Shown: positions 48,113 through 57,184 of the stretch, one piece after another
Layout of the letters: every line of letters starts with the position of its first letter
Numbering within the stretch: the stretch's first letter is position 1
Origin: Candidatus Margulisiibacteriota bacterium
Lineage (GTDB): Bacteria > Margulisbacteria > WOR-1 > O2-12-FULL-45-9
Assembly (NCBI GenBank): GCA_034723395.1
Contig: JAYEOW010000029.1
Location: 4,737-68,736, forward strand
DNA length: 64,000 nucleotides
Direction of reading: 5' to 3'
The notes under the pieces: generated by a model
What the model was told of the DNA's origin: nothing
Databases searched by the model: none
Seen by the model: the letters and a program-made list of their open reading frames with translations, nothing else
Program-made: the position numbers and the translations under genes

Positions 48113-49360
48113 CTAAAGCTTAACTTCGAGCACAGTTGGAGTAATCCCCAGAAAAGAAGCGGTCTTTGCTTTGTCTTTCCCTTTTTCCTCATAGACTTTT
48201 TGGATATATTCTTTTTCAAACTTCAAAATAAATTCGCTCCCTGTCCCTTGGGTTGTCCTTAATAGAACGTCGAGCGGGAGATCTTCTATTTCAACAATCC
48301 TTTTGTTCAAGGAAAGGACATAGCGTTCCACCAAGCAGCCAAGTTCTTGTGTGTTTCCCGGCCATTGGTATGAAGCTAGCGCTTTAATCGTATCTGGAGA
48401 AAATGAGATCTCTTTATCATATTTGTCATTACATTTATTACAGAAATATTTTATTAAAAGCGGGATATCTCTATTCCTTTCTCTTAGCGGCGGGATATTA
48501 ATAACTCTTTCAGAGAAGAGGTCAAAGAGGGGCCGGTTTTTTTCGGCAAGACCAGGCATGGCGCCTGCGATCAGGCGGGTCTCGATCTCGATCTTGGTCT
48601 GGCTCCCATCCCGCGAAAATTCTCCATCCACAATTGCTTGAGAGACGCTGCCCGGTAAGGCTTCGAGATTGTCAATAAAAAGGGTCCCCGACCTTAATTG
48701 TTCAAATAGTCCAGTCTTGCCGGTTAATTCGGCGGTGGTCGATCCTTTCCCCCGGCCAAGAAAAAGGGCGGTGAGCTCTTTTGAATGAATTAACGATGAG
48801 AGGTGGGTTGTCATGAATTGAGCTTTGGAACGGCCCGACATTTCATGGATAATTGAGGCGACGATCTCTTTTTCGGTCCCTGGTTCCCCTAAGATCAGAA
48901 CTTTTTTGTCATCCCTGATCTTGCTGACCGCTTTTTGGATATTATCTAGGCCGACGAGGTCGGCCCCCTTTTTTTTGATGACAACTTTTTCTTTTTGGAT
49001 CGACTTTTTACTTAAGATTTGTTCGGTAAGCTTTAAAATATGGTCAACATCAAATGGTTTTACCACATAATCACGCGCGCCGATCTTGATCGCTTTACTG
49101 GCGTTCTGTACGTCGTTAACCGCGGTTACCATAATCACTTCGAGGTCGGGATCGATCTCGCGGACCCGAGTTAAGGTTTCGATCCCGTCCATGCCGGGCA
49201 TGCGGATATCAAGATAGGCCATGTCCAGTTTTTGGTCAGAGACCGCTTTTAGGGCAGCTTCTCCGGAAGCGGCTAAAATAACCCTGTACTTTCCTTCGAG
49301 GATAAGGGAGAAGGATTCGCGAATTGACAATTCGTCGTCAACGACTAATATACTATGCAT
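48113..49360 (-). CDS. Response-regulator receiver plus degenerate sigma-54-activator-like AAA+ domain (pseudo-enhancer-binding protein)
   Basis: REC with the Asp in AYLDIRMPGMDG. Walker A is GEPGTEKE (versus GESGTGKE), Walker B is FIDNL (versus FLDEI), there is no GAFTGA motif, and the C-terminal HTH is truncated. Confidence 0.7.
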   Translation of the reverse strand: MHSILVVDDELSIRESFSLILEGKYRVILAASGEAALKAVSDQKLDMAYLDIRMPGMDGIETLTRVREIDPDLEVIMVTAVNDVQNASKAIKIGARDYVVKPFDVDHILKLTEQILSKKSIQKEKVVIKKKGADLVGLDNIQKAVSKIRDDKKVLILGEPGTEKEIVASIIHEMSGRSKAQFMTTHLSSLIHSKELTALFLGRGKGSTTAELTGKTGLFEQLRSGTLFIDNLEALPGSVSQAIVDGEFSRDGSQTKIEIETRLIAGAMPGLAEKNRPLFDLFSERVINIPPLRERNRDIPLLIKYFCNKCNDKYDKEISFSPDTIKALASYQWPGNTQELGCLVERYVLSLNKRIVEIEDLPLDVLLRTTQGTGSEFILKFEKEYIQKVYEEKGKDKAKTASFLGITPTVLEVKL

Positions 49361-49703
49361 GTGAAAAACGATCGATAATAATTAGTGCTTGTTTCCTTAG
49401 TTCGGCATCATCCAAGACGCCGCGGGTGATCGTGCTGATCATCTGTTTTGCTCCCTGTGCTGCGACCAGGGATGCGCCAAATTCAGCGGCTACCGCCATC
49501 CTTACGATCTTCCCGACCGCTTGTTCAATGGTGTCTTCTTTGTGGAGCTCTTTCTCGAGCCCTTTTTCAAAAAGCTCTAACTTTTCAAGGTCTTTTTGCT
49601 CCAGCTCTTCACTGGCATTTTTTCCTAAAATTAAAGGGAGCAGCTTTCTGCTTGGGGTCCATTCACCTTTTCTAATTTGTGTTTTCATTTTAATTACCTC
49701 CAA
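49353..49703 (-). CDS. Hypothetical small protein between the two EBP genes
   Basis: 116-aa ORF overlapping the downstream gene start by 8 nt. Confidence 0.4.
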   Translation of the reverse strand: MEVIKMKTQIRKGEWTPSRKLLPLILGKNASEELEQKDLEKLELFEKGLEKELHKEDTIEQAVGKIVRMAVAAEFGASLVAAQGAKQMISTITRGVLDDAELRKQALIIIDRFSHA

Positions 49704-49813
49704 TCTATTTGTTAATGCTATCTTATAAGGAGCAATTATATTACCAAGATTTTAGCCTGCTTTTGGCTACTTTAGCACAAAAAGTGGGGCAAATCAATCG
49801 GAAGACGCACTTG

Positions 49814-51202
49814 TTAGTGTGCGTTTTTACGTGCTTTTCTTTCGAGGTTGATCAAGGTATTACGGTGAACGCCGAGGAGTTTGGCTGCTTCCCCTTTTCT
49901 TCCTCCCGTTTTATTAAGGACTTTCTTAATAAAATCGGCCTCAAATTTCATGACCGCTTCTGATAGGGTCGCTTCGCCAGAAGCTGTTTCACCGATCAAT
50001 TCACCGGTTATTTCGGGCGGTATATGTTCGGTGCCGATCTGATCATCTTTGCTCAAAACAGCAAAGCGCTCGATCAAGTTCTCAAGCTCCCGGACATTTC
50101 CCGGCCAATCATAATCGATCAGCATCTGCATTGCCTCTTTCTTTATCATTTTAATCTTTTTTCCAAATTTATGGTTACATTTGTTAAGGAAATGGTTGGC
50201 TAGGAGAGGGATGTCTTCTTTCCTGTCGGTTAATGCCGGCAGATGGATAGGGATGACGTTTAACCGGTAATAAAGGTCTTTTCTGAACTTATAATTTTTG
50301 ATCGCCTTGTGGAGGTCAGAATTCGTAGCAGAGATGATCCGCACATCGACCGGGGTTGGATAACCGGCGCCAATCCTTTCGATCTCTTTTTCCTGGATCG
50401 CGCGCAAAATTTTAGCCTGCATGGGAAGCGGCAGCGAGCCAATCTCGTCCAGAAAAAGGGTCCCGCCATTGGCGATCTCGAATTTTCCGATCTGCCTTTC
50501 GGTCGCGCCGGTAAAGGAACCGCGTTCGTGGCCGAAGAGTTCTGATTCTAGCAGGTTTTCAGGGATTGCCGCACAATTAACAGCGACAAAAAGTTTTTCA
50601 ACACGCGGGCTTCGGTTATGGATGGCATGGGCGACTAGCTCTTTGCCGGTCCCCGATTCGCCAGTGATCAATATAGTGGCATTGCTCTTAGCGACATCAT
50701 CGATGACCTTGAAAACTTCACGGATCTCCTTACTTTTGCCGACGATCTTTTCGAATTGGTAATCCTGCTCGATCAGTTTTCGGAGGGTGATATTTTCTTG
50801 GAGCAGCGACTTTTTCTCCAGCGCTTTCTCAACCTGTTCCTGTAGCGCGTCGATATCGAACGGTTTAGTTACGTAATCGTAGGCGCCGAGGCGGATTGCC
50901 TGCACCGCTTTTTTAACCATTACCACTGCAGTGACCATAATAACTTCAATCGACTTATCGATCCCCTTAATGATCTTTAAAATCTCAATGCCGTCAATCT
51001 CGGGCATGCGGATATCTAAGAGAACTAGATCGATCGGGTGGTTCTTTACCGTTTCAACCGCGTCTTTGCCTGATTTGGCAATATGCACATTGTAGCTGTT
51101 TTTTAAAAGCATCTGCATCGAATCGCGCATGCTTTTTTCGTCATCGACGATTAAAAGATTTGCTCTCTTACCCTTTTTCTTGCTTTTTCTTTTCTTCTTC
51201 AT
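49814..51202 (-). CDS. Sigma-54-dependent Fis-family response regulator (NtrC-type)
   Basis: REC domain; Walker A GESGTGKE; GAFTGA variant ERGSFTGA; Walker B LFLDEIG; C-terminal Fis HTH. K-rich N-terminal tail. Confidence 0.85.
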   Translation of the reverse strand: MKKKRKSKKKGKRANLLIVDDEKSMRDSMQMLLKNSYNVHIAKSGKDAVETVKNHPIDLVLLDIRMPEIDGIEILKIIKGIDKSIEVIMVTAVVMVKKAVQAIRLGAYDYVTKPFDIDALQEQVEKALEKKSLLQENITLRKLIEQDYQFEKIVGKSKEIREVFKVIDDVAKSNATILITGESGTGKELVAHAIHNRSPRVEKLFVAVNCAAIPENLLESELFGHERGSFTGATERQIGKFEIANGGTLFLDEIGSLPLPMQAKILRAIQEKEIERIGAGYPTPVDVRIISATNSDLHKAIKNYKFRKDLYYRLNVIPIHLPALTDRKEDIPLLANHFLNKCNHKFGKKIKMIKKEAMQMLIDYDWPGNVRELENLIERFAVLSKDDQIGTEHIPPEITGELIGETASGEATLSEAVMKFEADFIKKVLNKTGGRKGEAAKLLGVHRNTLINLERKARKNAH

Positions 51203-52563
51203 ATTTTTTTTCGCTCACTATAAGGAAGGATCTTCAGCTCTTTCCTGTAGTAGGCGACAGTGCGCCGATCGATCCCTGCTCCTTTTTTCTTGAGCTCCTC
51301 GGTTAGTTGGCTGTCCGATAACGGATCCTCCGGTGCTTCATTTTTTACACACTCAACCAGGAGTGACTTCATTCTTGCCACAGTCATCCCTCTTGGTCCC
51401 CGCGGGCAGAGGAACTTTAATTGATAAAGCCCCTGTGGGGTCTGGATATACTTCTGGGCAATACTACGGGATATAGTCGAAGGATGCAATCCGAATCCAT
51501 CGGCCAGGTCCTTCTGTGCCAAAGGGTTCAGCCAGGTAATCCCCCGGCTTAAAAAGTCCTCTTGGGTCTCAACTATTTTTCGGACAATTTTCCCCATAGT
51601 TTCACTTCTTTTACCAAAATCCTCGATCAGATTTTTGGCTTTTTTAAGCTTTTCCCTGAGGAATGTTTTGGTTTCTTCATCGGTTTTGGGATCTTCGAGC
51701 ATCTTGATATATTGGGGGGATAAATTGATCTTTGGCCCATAACGGGTTTCAAGCGCAATTATCTTATATCCTTTTTTATCCTTTTCAACCGCGAATGAGG
51801 GGATAACATGTTTGGTCTCTCCGCCAAAAGCTGCCGCAGGATTAGGGTGCAGGTTAGTTTTGATAAACTCGGCGATCTCTTTTACTCCGGTTTCGGGGAT
51901 CCCTAAAGCTTTTGAAACCTTGTTGAACTTTTCTTCGCTAATGTCTTCGAGATGTTTGTCGATTGCCCGGGTGAGCAGGTTTTCTAGCGCTTCATTCTCA
52001 AAATTGAATTCGCTAATCTGTATTAGCAGGCATTCCCTGAGGTTGCGGGCCCCGACCCCTTCAGGCTCAAAACTTTGCACGATCTTTAATATTTTATCGA
52101 CGGTAGGGCGGGATATGTCATGTTTTTTCATGATCCGATCGCGTAGTTTTGGGTAATTGACCACATAGCCAAAATCATCGATGTTCTCGATGATCTCTTT
52201 AGCGATCTCTTTTTGCGGCGATTCGAGATCTTCGAGTTCGAGTTGGTCCAGCAAATGTTCTTCCAGTGTTTTTTCGACGTTTCCCACATTTTCGAGTCCG
52301 GGCAAATCTTTAAAGTCGGCCCCTTTTTTGATTTCTTTATCAGAGGTGAGATAGCGGATGTATTCAAGATATTCATCCTGGCACTCCACTTCTAAAACCG
52401 GATTTTCTTCGGCCTCTTTAACGATATGTTCGACCAGCTCCATATAGGGGACGCTCAAAACCTTGAGCATCTGGAGCATTCTGGGGGATAAAAGCAGCTC
52501 CAGGCTCTGTTTGAGACCCTGTTGAAGGTGAAGGTCAATCATGCTACAATTATAGCACAACAT
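51199..52563 (-). CDS. rpoN: RNA polymerase sigma-54 factor
   Basis: Region III HTH and RpoN box (RRTVAYYRKEL) at the C-terminus. The more likely start is MIDLHLQQ (52542). Confidence 0.85.
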   Translation of the reverse strand: MLCYNCSMIDLHLQQGLKQSLELLLSPRMLQMLKVLSVPYMELVEHIVKEAEENPVLEVECQDEYLEYIRYLTSDKEIKKGADFKDLPGLENVGNVEKTLEEHLLDQLELEDLESPQKEIAKEIIENIDDFGYVVNYPKLRDRIMKKHDISRPTVDKILKIVQSFEPEGVGARNLRECLLIQISEFNFENEALENLLTRAIDKHLEDISEEKFNKVSKALGIPETGVKEIAEFIKTNLHPNPAAAFGGETKHVIPSFAVEKDKKGYKIIALETRYGPKINLSPQYIKMLEDPKTDEETKTFLREKLKKAKNLIEDFGKRSETMGKIVRKIVETQEDFLSRGITWLNPLAQKDLADGFGLHPSTISRSIAQKYIQTPQGLYQLKFLCPRGPRGMTVARMKSLLVECVKNEAPEDPLSDSQLTEELKKKGAGIDRRTVAYYRKELKILPYSERKKI

Positions 52564-52637
52564 CGCGGGGTGGAGCAGTCTGGTAGCTCGTCAGGCTCAT
52601 AACCTGAAGGCCGTGGGTTCAAATCCCACCCCCGCTA
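52564..52637 (+). tRNA. tRNA-Met (anticodon CAU), initiator-like
   Basis: CGCGGGGTGGAGCAG...CTCATAA...GGTTCAAATCC...CCCCGCTA. The body is highly similar to bacterial tRNA-fMet. Positions 1:72 are C:U (unpaired); the anticodon stem has two G-C pairs plus an A-U pair. Confidence 0.75.
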
Positions 52638-52911
52638 AGTTTCTTTTTCCTACGTTTATCTATCAGTTTTCATTTGGGTTCTCCCGTCGCACATTATTAT
52701 AATATTTTAATCTTTGTATTTAAGCTGCGGCTTACTGGTCTGCAATTGACGGGTAATTTTTACTAAATTTGTGCTTTGACTATTTAAAAGATTGATGTAT
52801 AATGATTAGTGTACAGGGATATATAATACTAAATATACAACAATGTACAGTGCCAATATACAAATAAATTACGGAGGGAGAATAAATTATTCTGTGAGTC
52901 TTGTAGAGCGA

Positions 52912-53247
52912 ATGGCGGAGTCTATGATCGAACAGATGAGCAAAAAAGAGAGAGAAGAGCTTTTTTGTGATATGACGAAGAAGTTCTGTTCGGAAATGGG
53001 AGAAGAGGGGCTGCAGAAGATCATGGAAAAGGTGCTTTTCGATATGGGGCCGAAGGACAAGCATAGTTTGGTGGAAAAGTTTTTCATGGATATGCCGATG
53101 GAGGAAAAAGAGCTTGTTATTGATAGTTTTTTTTCCAACATGTCAAAAGAAGATAAAGAAAAAATAATAAATACTATTTTAAAAGATGTGCAGGATGTAG
53201 TGGCCAGGAAAAATAGAGAAAAGTCTGGAAAGGGACCCGGGCGGTAA
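52912..53247 (+). CDS. Hypothetical small acidic protein with internal M-x-x-E-E-K repeats
   Basis: GGAGGGAG RBS at 52873. The start is uncertain (ATG 52912 or GTG 52894). Confidence 0.4.
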   Translation: MAESMIEQMSKKEREELFCDMTKKFCSEMGEEGLQKIMEKVLFDMGPKDKHSLVEKFFMDMPMEEKELVIDSFFSNMSKEDKEKIINTILKDVQDVVARKNREKSGKGPGR

Positions 53248-53320
53248 GGCTATTCAAGCAGGACGGCTGACACACAGGAAATAGGCAGCCGGGAACAGGC
53301 GGCTGAAAGGAAATGGTTGA

Positions 53321-53830
53321 GTGAAAAAACTGATAGTTTTTCTTATACTTCTGATTGCCGTTATATTTTTAGTGAAATACCAGCCTGTAAAAAATAAGCC
53401 CTCGGATGAACAGATAAGATCAGACGTGAGATTTGATAGAAAATACGAACAACTGCTCGATGTTAAAGTAAAAGGGGTCCGCATCAAGGATAATCTGGCA
53501 CAGGCTTTTGTTGAAGTTAAAACCGGTTTAATCAAAAGCATCGGTTTATTTGGTGTGATGAGCAAAGAAGAAAATCCACGCGTATGGCGCCTAGCAAAGA
53601 AATATTTTTACTTCCTGGATAGCAGGTCGCATTCCCGGCCAGTATCAGTAGAGGCAGATAATAAATCGAACGTTAATGACGCCGTCAAGGTGGAAACTAA
53701 TGAAGATTTTGTTTTTTATTATGTCAAGACCGATAGGGGTTGGGCAAAGATCAGGACCATGGGAATTAATAATTTCCTGCAAAAAACATTTGGAACACAA
53801 GCAATTTTAAATGAAAAGGAGGTGAAATGA
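53321..53830 (+). CDS. Hypothetical membrane-anchored protein
   Basis: N-terminal TM segment MKKLIVFLILLIAVIFLV. Confidence 0.45.
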   Translation: MKKLIVFLILLIAVIFLVKYQPVKNKPSDEQIRSDVRFDRKYEQLLDVKVKGVRIKDNLAQAFVEVKTGLIKSIGLFGVMSKEENPRVWRLAKKYFYFLDSRSHSRPVSVEADNKSNVNDAVKVETNEDFVFYYVKTDRGWAKIRTMGINNFLQKTFGTQAILNEKEVK

Positions 53831-53831
53831 G

Positions 53832-54140
53832 ATGGTAGTTGATTATCTAAAGAAGGGCGTCTTGGTTGGTCTTGGAGTGAGCTCGATGATAAAGGAAAGA
53901 GCGGAAAAAGAATTCGAGAAGATGCAGAAAGACGGCGAATCAGATATCGAAGAGGGGAAAAAGCTTGTTACGGAATGGATAGAGAGCGCAGAGAAGCAGA
54001 ATGAGGAATTCCAGAAAAGAGCAGAAGCGGAAGTACAGAAAGTTTTAGAGAGTTTTCCTCTTGCCACAAAAAAAGATATTGATTCGATTAAAGATGAGCT
54101 TAAAGGGTCCCAGGGCAAGCGATCCAAAAAGGACGCGTAG
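53832..54140 (+). CDS. Hypothetical coiled-coil protein (phasin-like)
   Basis: 102 aa, K/E-rich amphipathic helices. Confidence 0.4.
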   Translation: MVVDYLKKGVLVGLGVSSMIKERAEKEFEKMQKDGESDIEEGKKLVTEWIESAEKQNEEFQKRAEAEVQKVLESFPLATKKDIDSIKDELKGSQGKRSKKDA

Positions 54141-54141
54141 G

Positions 54142-54207
54142 TTTTACTGATCAGTAAAAAAATCTTTAATGGCTGGCTGCCTAAACAAGCAGTCAGCCAT
54201 GTTTTCT
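54142..54207 (+). terminator. Candidate intrinsic terminator(s)
   Basis: Perfect palindrome tttactga/tcagtaaa, then the hairpin ggctggctgc-N8-gcagtcagcc followed by atgttttct. Confidence 0.45.
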
Positions 54208-54218
54208 GAAGGGTAAAA

Positions 54219-55910
54219 ATGAGATTAAGCAGGTTTAAATCTAGAAAAGAGCATTTTGAAAGAATAGCGGAAATAACCCGGGTTTTGGCGAAGTACGGGT
54301 TTGGCTATTTTTTTGACCGCATTCAGGCCAGAAAAGAATCCATCTTTTCGAAAAACAAAGAGAGAATTTCTCGTTCGCGGGAAGAATTCAATGCCTCTGT
54401 TCCTCGAAGGATAAGAATGGCCCTGGAAGAATTAGGGTCTACTGCCATTAAGTTTGGCCAGATCATGAGCACTAGAGAAGACCTGGTCGGCGAAGAATTT
54501 GCTAAAGAGTTGTCTTTGCTCCACGATAACGCGGACCCTCTCCCCTACAAAATGGTAAAGTTGGTGATCGAAGCGGAATTTTCCTGTCCGCTAGATTTAC
54601 TCTTTGCAAAATTCGACGAGGAACCTTTAGCAAGCGCTTCTTTAGCCCAGGTCCACAAAGCGGTCTTGGAGAATGGGGACACAGTTGCGGTAAAAGTTCA
54701 GAGGCCGGGGGTCATCCAGCAGGTCAAGGGGGATGTGGCCATTTTGCGTTACTTTGCAAAATTGGTTGACAAATATTCCCTAAGCTCAAAATATTTCCGG
54801 ACAAATATGAGGAAGATTGTCCTGGAATACGAGCGGACAGTCTTAAAAGAGCTGGATTTTATCCACGAAAAAATGAATATCAGGAAGTTCGCGGATAATT
54901 TTTCCTCGGACGAAGGGATCTGTGTGCCTGATGTCTACGACGATTATTCGACCAAGCGGGTTTTGACCATGAAATTTATGGAGGGGGTTAAGATCAGCGA
55001 GCTGGAGAAGTCGGGGATTGAATATAATCGGCAGGTTTTAGCCCAAAGGTCCACCGATAGTTATTTAAAGCAGATCTTGATCCATGGTTTTTATCACGCC
55101 GATCCCCATCCCGGGAATATCCTTGTTATGGAGAACAATGTAATTGGGTATATTGATTTTGGGATGATGGGGCACACCGATAAGGATTTTGTCGACGACC
55201 TTGTGCAGGCGATTTTCTTTATGCTGGATTTTGATGTCAGCAGCCTGCTTGGCCATTTTACAAATATGGGCTTGCTTAACGACAAAGTTAATTTAGAAGT
55301 TTTTAAGTACGATTGCATGGACCTTATGAGCCGTTATAACGGCTGCAAGATGAGCGACATAGATTTTGCCGAGGTAACGAATAAATATGTAATACTTTTT
55401 TCCAGGCACCACGTTAATTTGCCGCGGGAAATGGTCCTTTTATCCAGGAGCTTAATGCTGATGCAGAATATCGCAGGGACGCTTGATCCGGAGTTCGACG
55501 CTCAGCAGGTTTTTAAGCCTTACGTCGGGGAGATCTTGCAGAGAAGAAGAGGTTTTAAAAAGTTTATTAAATTGATTGAGGGGAATGTTTTTGAGTTCGA
55601 GCATTTTCTAAAGACTTTACCGCAAAGTATAAAGAAGGTTTTAAAAAACCTGGAAGATGGAAAAGTTAACGTGGCGCTCTCTTCCGATAGCCTCGACAGG
55701 TTGTCTGATAAATCTGCCGCTTCGAGTAATAAAATTGCCGTAGCAATGGTCGTTTCTTCCCTGGTAATTGGCTCTTCAGTTGCTTTATTAAGCAATAAGG
55801 GGCCATACCTTTTTGGCCTCCCCCTTGTTGGAGTTGCAGGATTGGCGGTTAGCGGACTGGTTGGCATGGGTTTATATGTTCTGATAATGAAACCAAAAGA
55901 TAGATCCTGA
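54219..55910 (+). CDS. ubiB: UbiB/ABC1 (AarF) atypical kinase family protein
   Basis: ASASLAQVHKA...VAVKVQRPGV motifs, HADPHPGNI catalytic loop, two C-terminal TM helices. Confidence 0.85.
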   Translation: MRLSRFKSRKEHFERIAEITRVLAKYGFGYFFDRIQARKESIFSKNKERISRSREEFNASVPRRIRMALEELGSTAIKFGQIMSTREDLVGEEFAKELSLLHDNADPLPYKMVKLVIEAEFSCPLDLLFAKFDEEPLASASLAQVHKAVLENGDTVAVKVQRPGVIQQVKGDVAILRYFAKLVDKYSLSSKYFRTNMRKIVLEYERTVLKELDFIHEKMNIRKFADNFSSDEGICVPDVYDDYSTKRVLTMKFMEGVKISELEKSGIEYNRQVLAQRSTDSYLKQILIHGFYHADPHPGNILVMENNVIGYIDFGMMGHTDKDFVDDLVQAIFFMLDFDVSSLLGHFTNMGLLNDKVNLEVFKYDCMDLMSRYNGCKMSDIDFAEVTNKYVILFSRHHVNLPREMVLLSRSLMLMQNIAGTLDPEFDAQQVFKPYVGEILQRRRGFKKFIKLIEGNVFEFEHFLKTLPQSIKKVLKNLEDGKVNVALSSDSLDRLSDKSAASSNKIAVAMVVSSLVIGSSVALLSNKGPYLFGLPLVGVAGLAVSGLVGMGLYVLIMKPKDRS

Positions 55911-55923
55911 TTATCCTAGCTGT

Positions 55924-57180
55924 TTACCTAACCGGTGTCTCCGCGGCTTGCTTTCCTGCTAAGTACCCGGTGCTCCAGCACATTTGCAGGTTAAACCCGC
56001 CGGTTGGGCCGTTCAGATCGATAATTTCCCCTGCAAAATAGAGGTTTTTGATCAGTTTTGACCGCATCGTCTTAGGTTCGATCTCTTTAAGGTTGATGCC
56101 ACCCGCAGTTGCAATGGCCCGTTCAAAACCCAGCAGGGATCTAACTTTTAAGGTCATTTCCTTTAGCAGATGAAGCAGCTTATTTCTTTCCTCTTTTGTG
56201 ATTGCGTTGACCTTTTTATCCGGATCGATCCCGGACAATTTAATGGCTACCGGGATCAATTTCTGTGGCAGCAATTTGTCTAAGCTGTTTTTAAACATCT
56301 TGTTGCTTATGGCGAGCCAGTCGCGCTGGATCCGGCTGTCTAATTTGGGGAATTCCAAAGCTGGTTTAAAGTCGAGACTTAATTCAACTTCGCCATGTTC
56401 CAGGAGTTCACCGATCTTCTGGCTCATGTCTAAAATGATCGGACCGCTTAAACCATCATGCGTGAATATCGCTTCACCAAAGCGCTCATCTCTTTTTTTA
56501 CCATGCTGGTAAACGCTTATCCGGGCGTTTTTTAGGCTTAAACCTTCAAGGTCTTTGGCCCAGGATTCTTTGGTGCGAACTGGAACTAACGAAGGCTGGG
56601 GATCGATGATCTTATGGCCAAGCGTCCCGGCCCAGGCATAACCATCACCGCTTGAGCCGGTCGAGGGCGCCGCTTTGCCGCCGGTGGTGACGACAAATTT
56701 GTTCGCGCTAAAATCTCCCTGGGAAGTTTTTACTTTTTCGATCGCCTTGCCCTTGGTCACCAGCTTGTGCACAGCGCAATTAGTGATTATTTTTACTTTT
56801 TTTTCTTTTAACCAATCAACTAAGGCTTGGAGCACATCGCTCGCCCGGTCGCTGACCGGGAAGATCCGTTGACCGCGCTCAACCTTGGTGGCTACGCCGC
56901 GCTGATTAAAGAAGTCGATCGTATCCTGAACACTAAATTTGTGGAAAGCCGAGTAAAGGAACTTACCGTTTTTGCCAAAGGATTCGATAATCGTCGCTGG
57001 ATCCGTTTCTGCCGTAGTAATATTGCAACGGCCTTTGCCGGAAATCAGCAGTTTTTTACCCGGACGCTCGTTTTTTTCCAGCAAAACAACCTTTGCGCCG
57101 CACTCGGCAGCTACGCCCGCGGCCATCAATCCGGCCGGCCCGCCGCCGATTATTACTAGATCAAAGTGTTGATTGGTCAT
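55924..57180 (-). CDS. HI0933/BaiN-family NAD(P)/FAD-dependent flavoprotein
   Basis: DLVIIGGGPAGLMAA dinucleotide-binding motif; HI0933-like length and architecture. Confidence 0.8.
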   Translation of the reverse strand: MTNQHFDLVIIGGGPAGLMAAGVAAECGAKVVLLEKNERPGKKLLISGKGRCNITTAETDPATIIESFGKNGKFLYSAFHKFSVQDTIDFFNQRGVATKVERGQRIFPVSDRASDVLQALVDWLKEKKVKIITNCAVHKLVTKGKAIEKVKTSQGDFSANKFVVTTGGKAAPSTGSSGDGYAWAGTLGHKIIDPQPSLVPVRTKESWAKDLEGLSLKNARISVYQHGKKRDERFGEAIFTHDGLSGPIILDMSQKIGELLEHGEVELSLDFKPALEFPKLDSRIQRDWLAISNKMFKNSLDKLLPQKLIPVAIKLSGIDPDKKVNAITKEERNKLLHLLKEMTLKVRSLLGFERAIATAGGINLKEIEPKTMRSKLIKNLYFAGEIIDLNGPTGGFNLQMCWSTGYLAGKQAAETPVR

Positions 57181-57184
57181 GAGG

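Noticed and set aside
51199-52563. rpoN N-terminal extension MLCYNCS overlapping/abutting tRNA-Met
   Set aside because: The conserved sigma-54 region I begins at MIDLHLQQ, so the start is probably at 52542, leaving the tRNA non-overlapping.
52780-53064. 94-aa minus-strand ORF
   Set aside because: It is antisense to the better-supported plus-strand small protein gene (RBS GGAGGGAG, regular acidic repeats).
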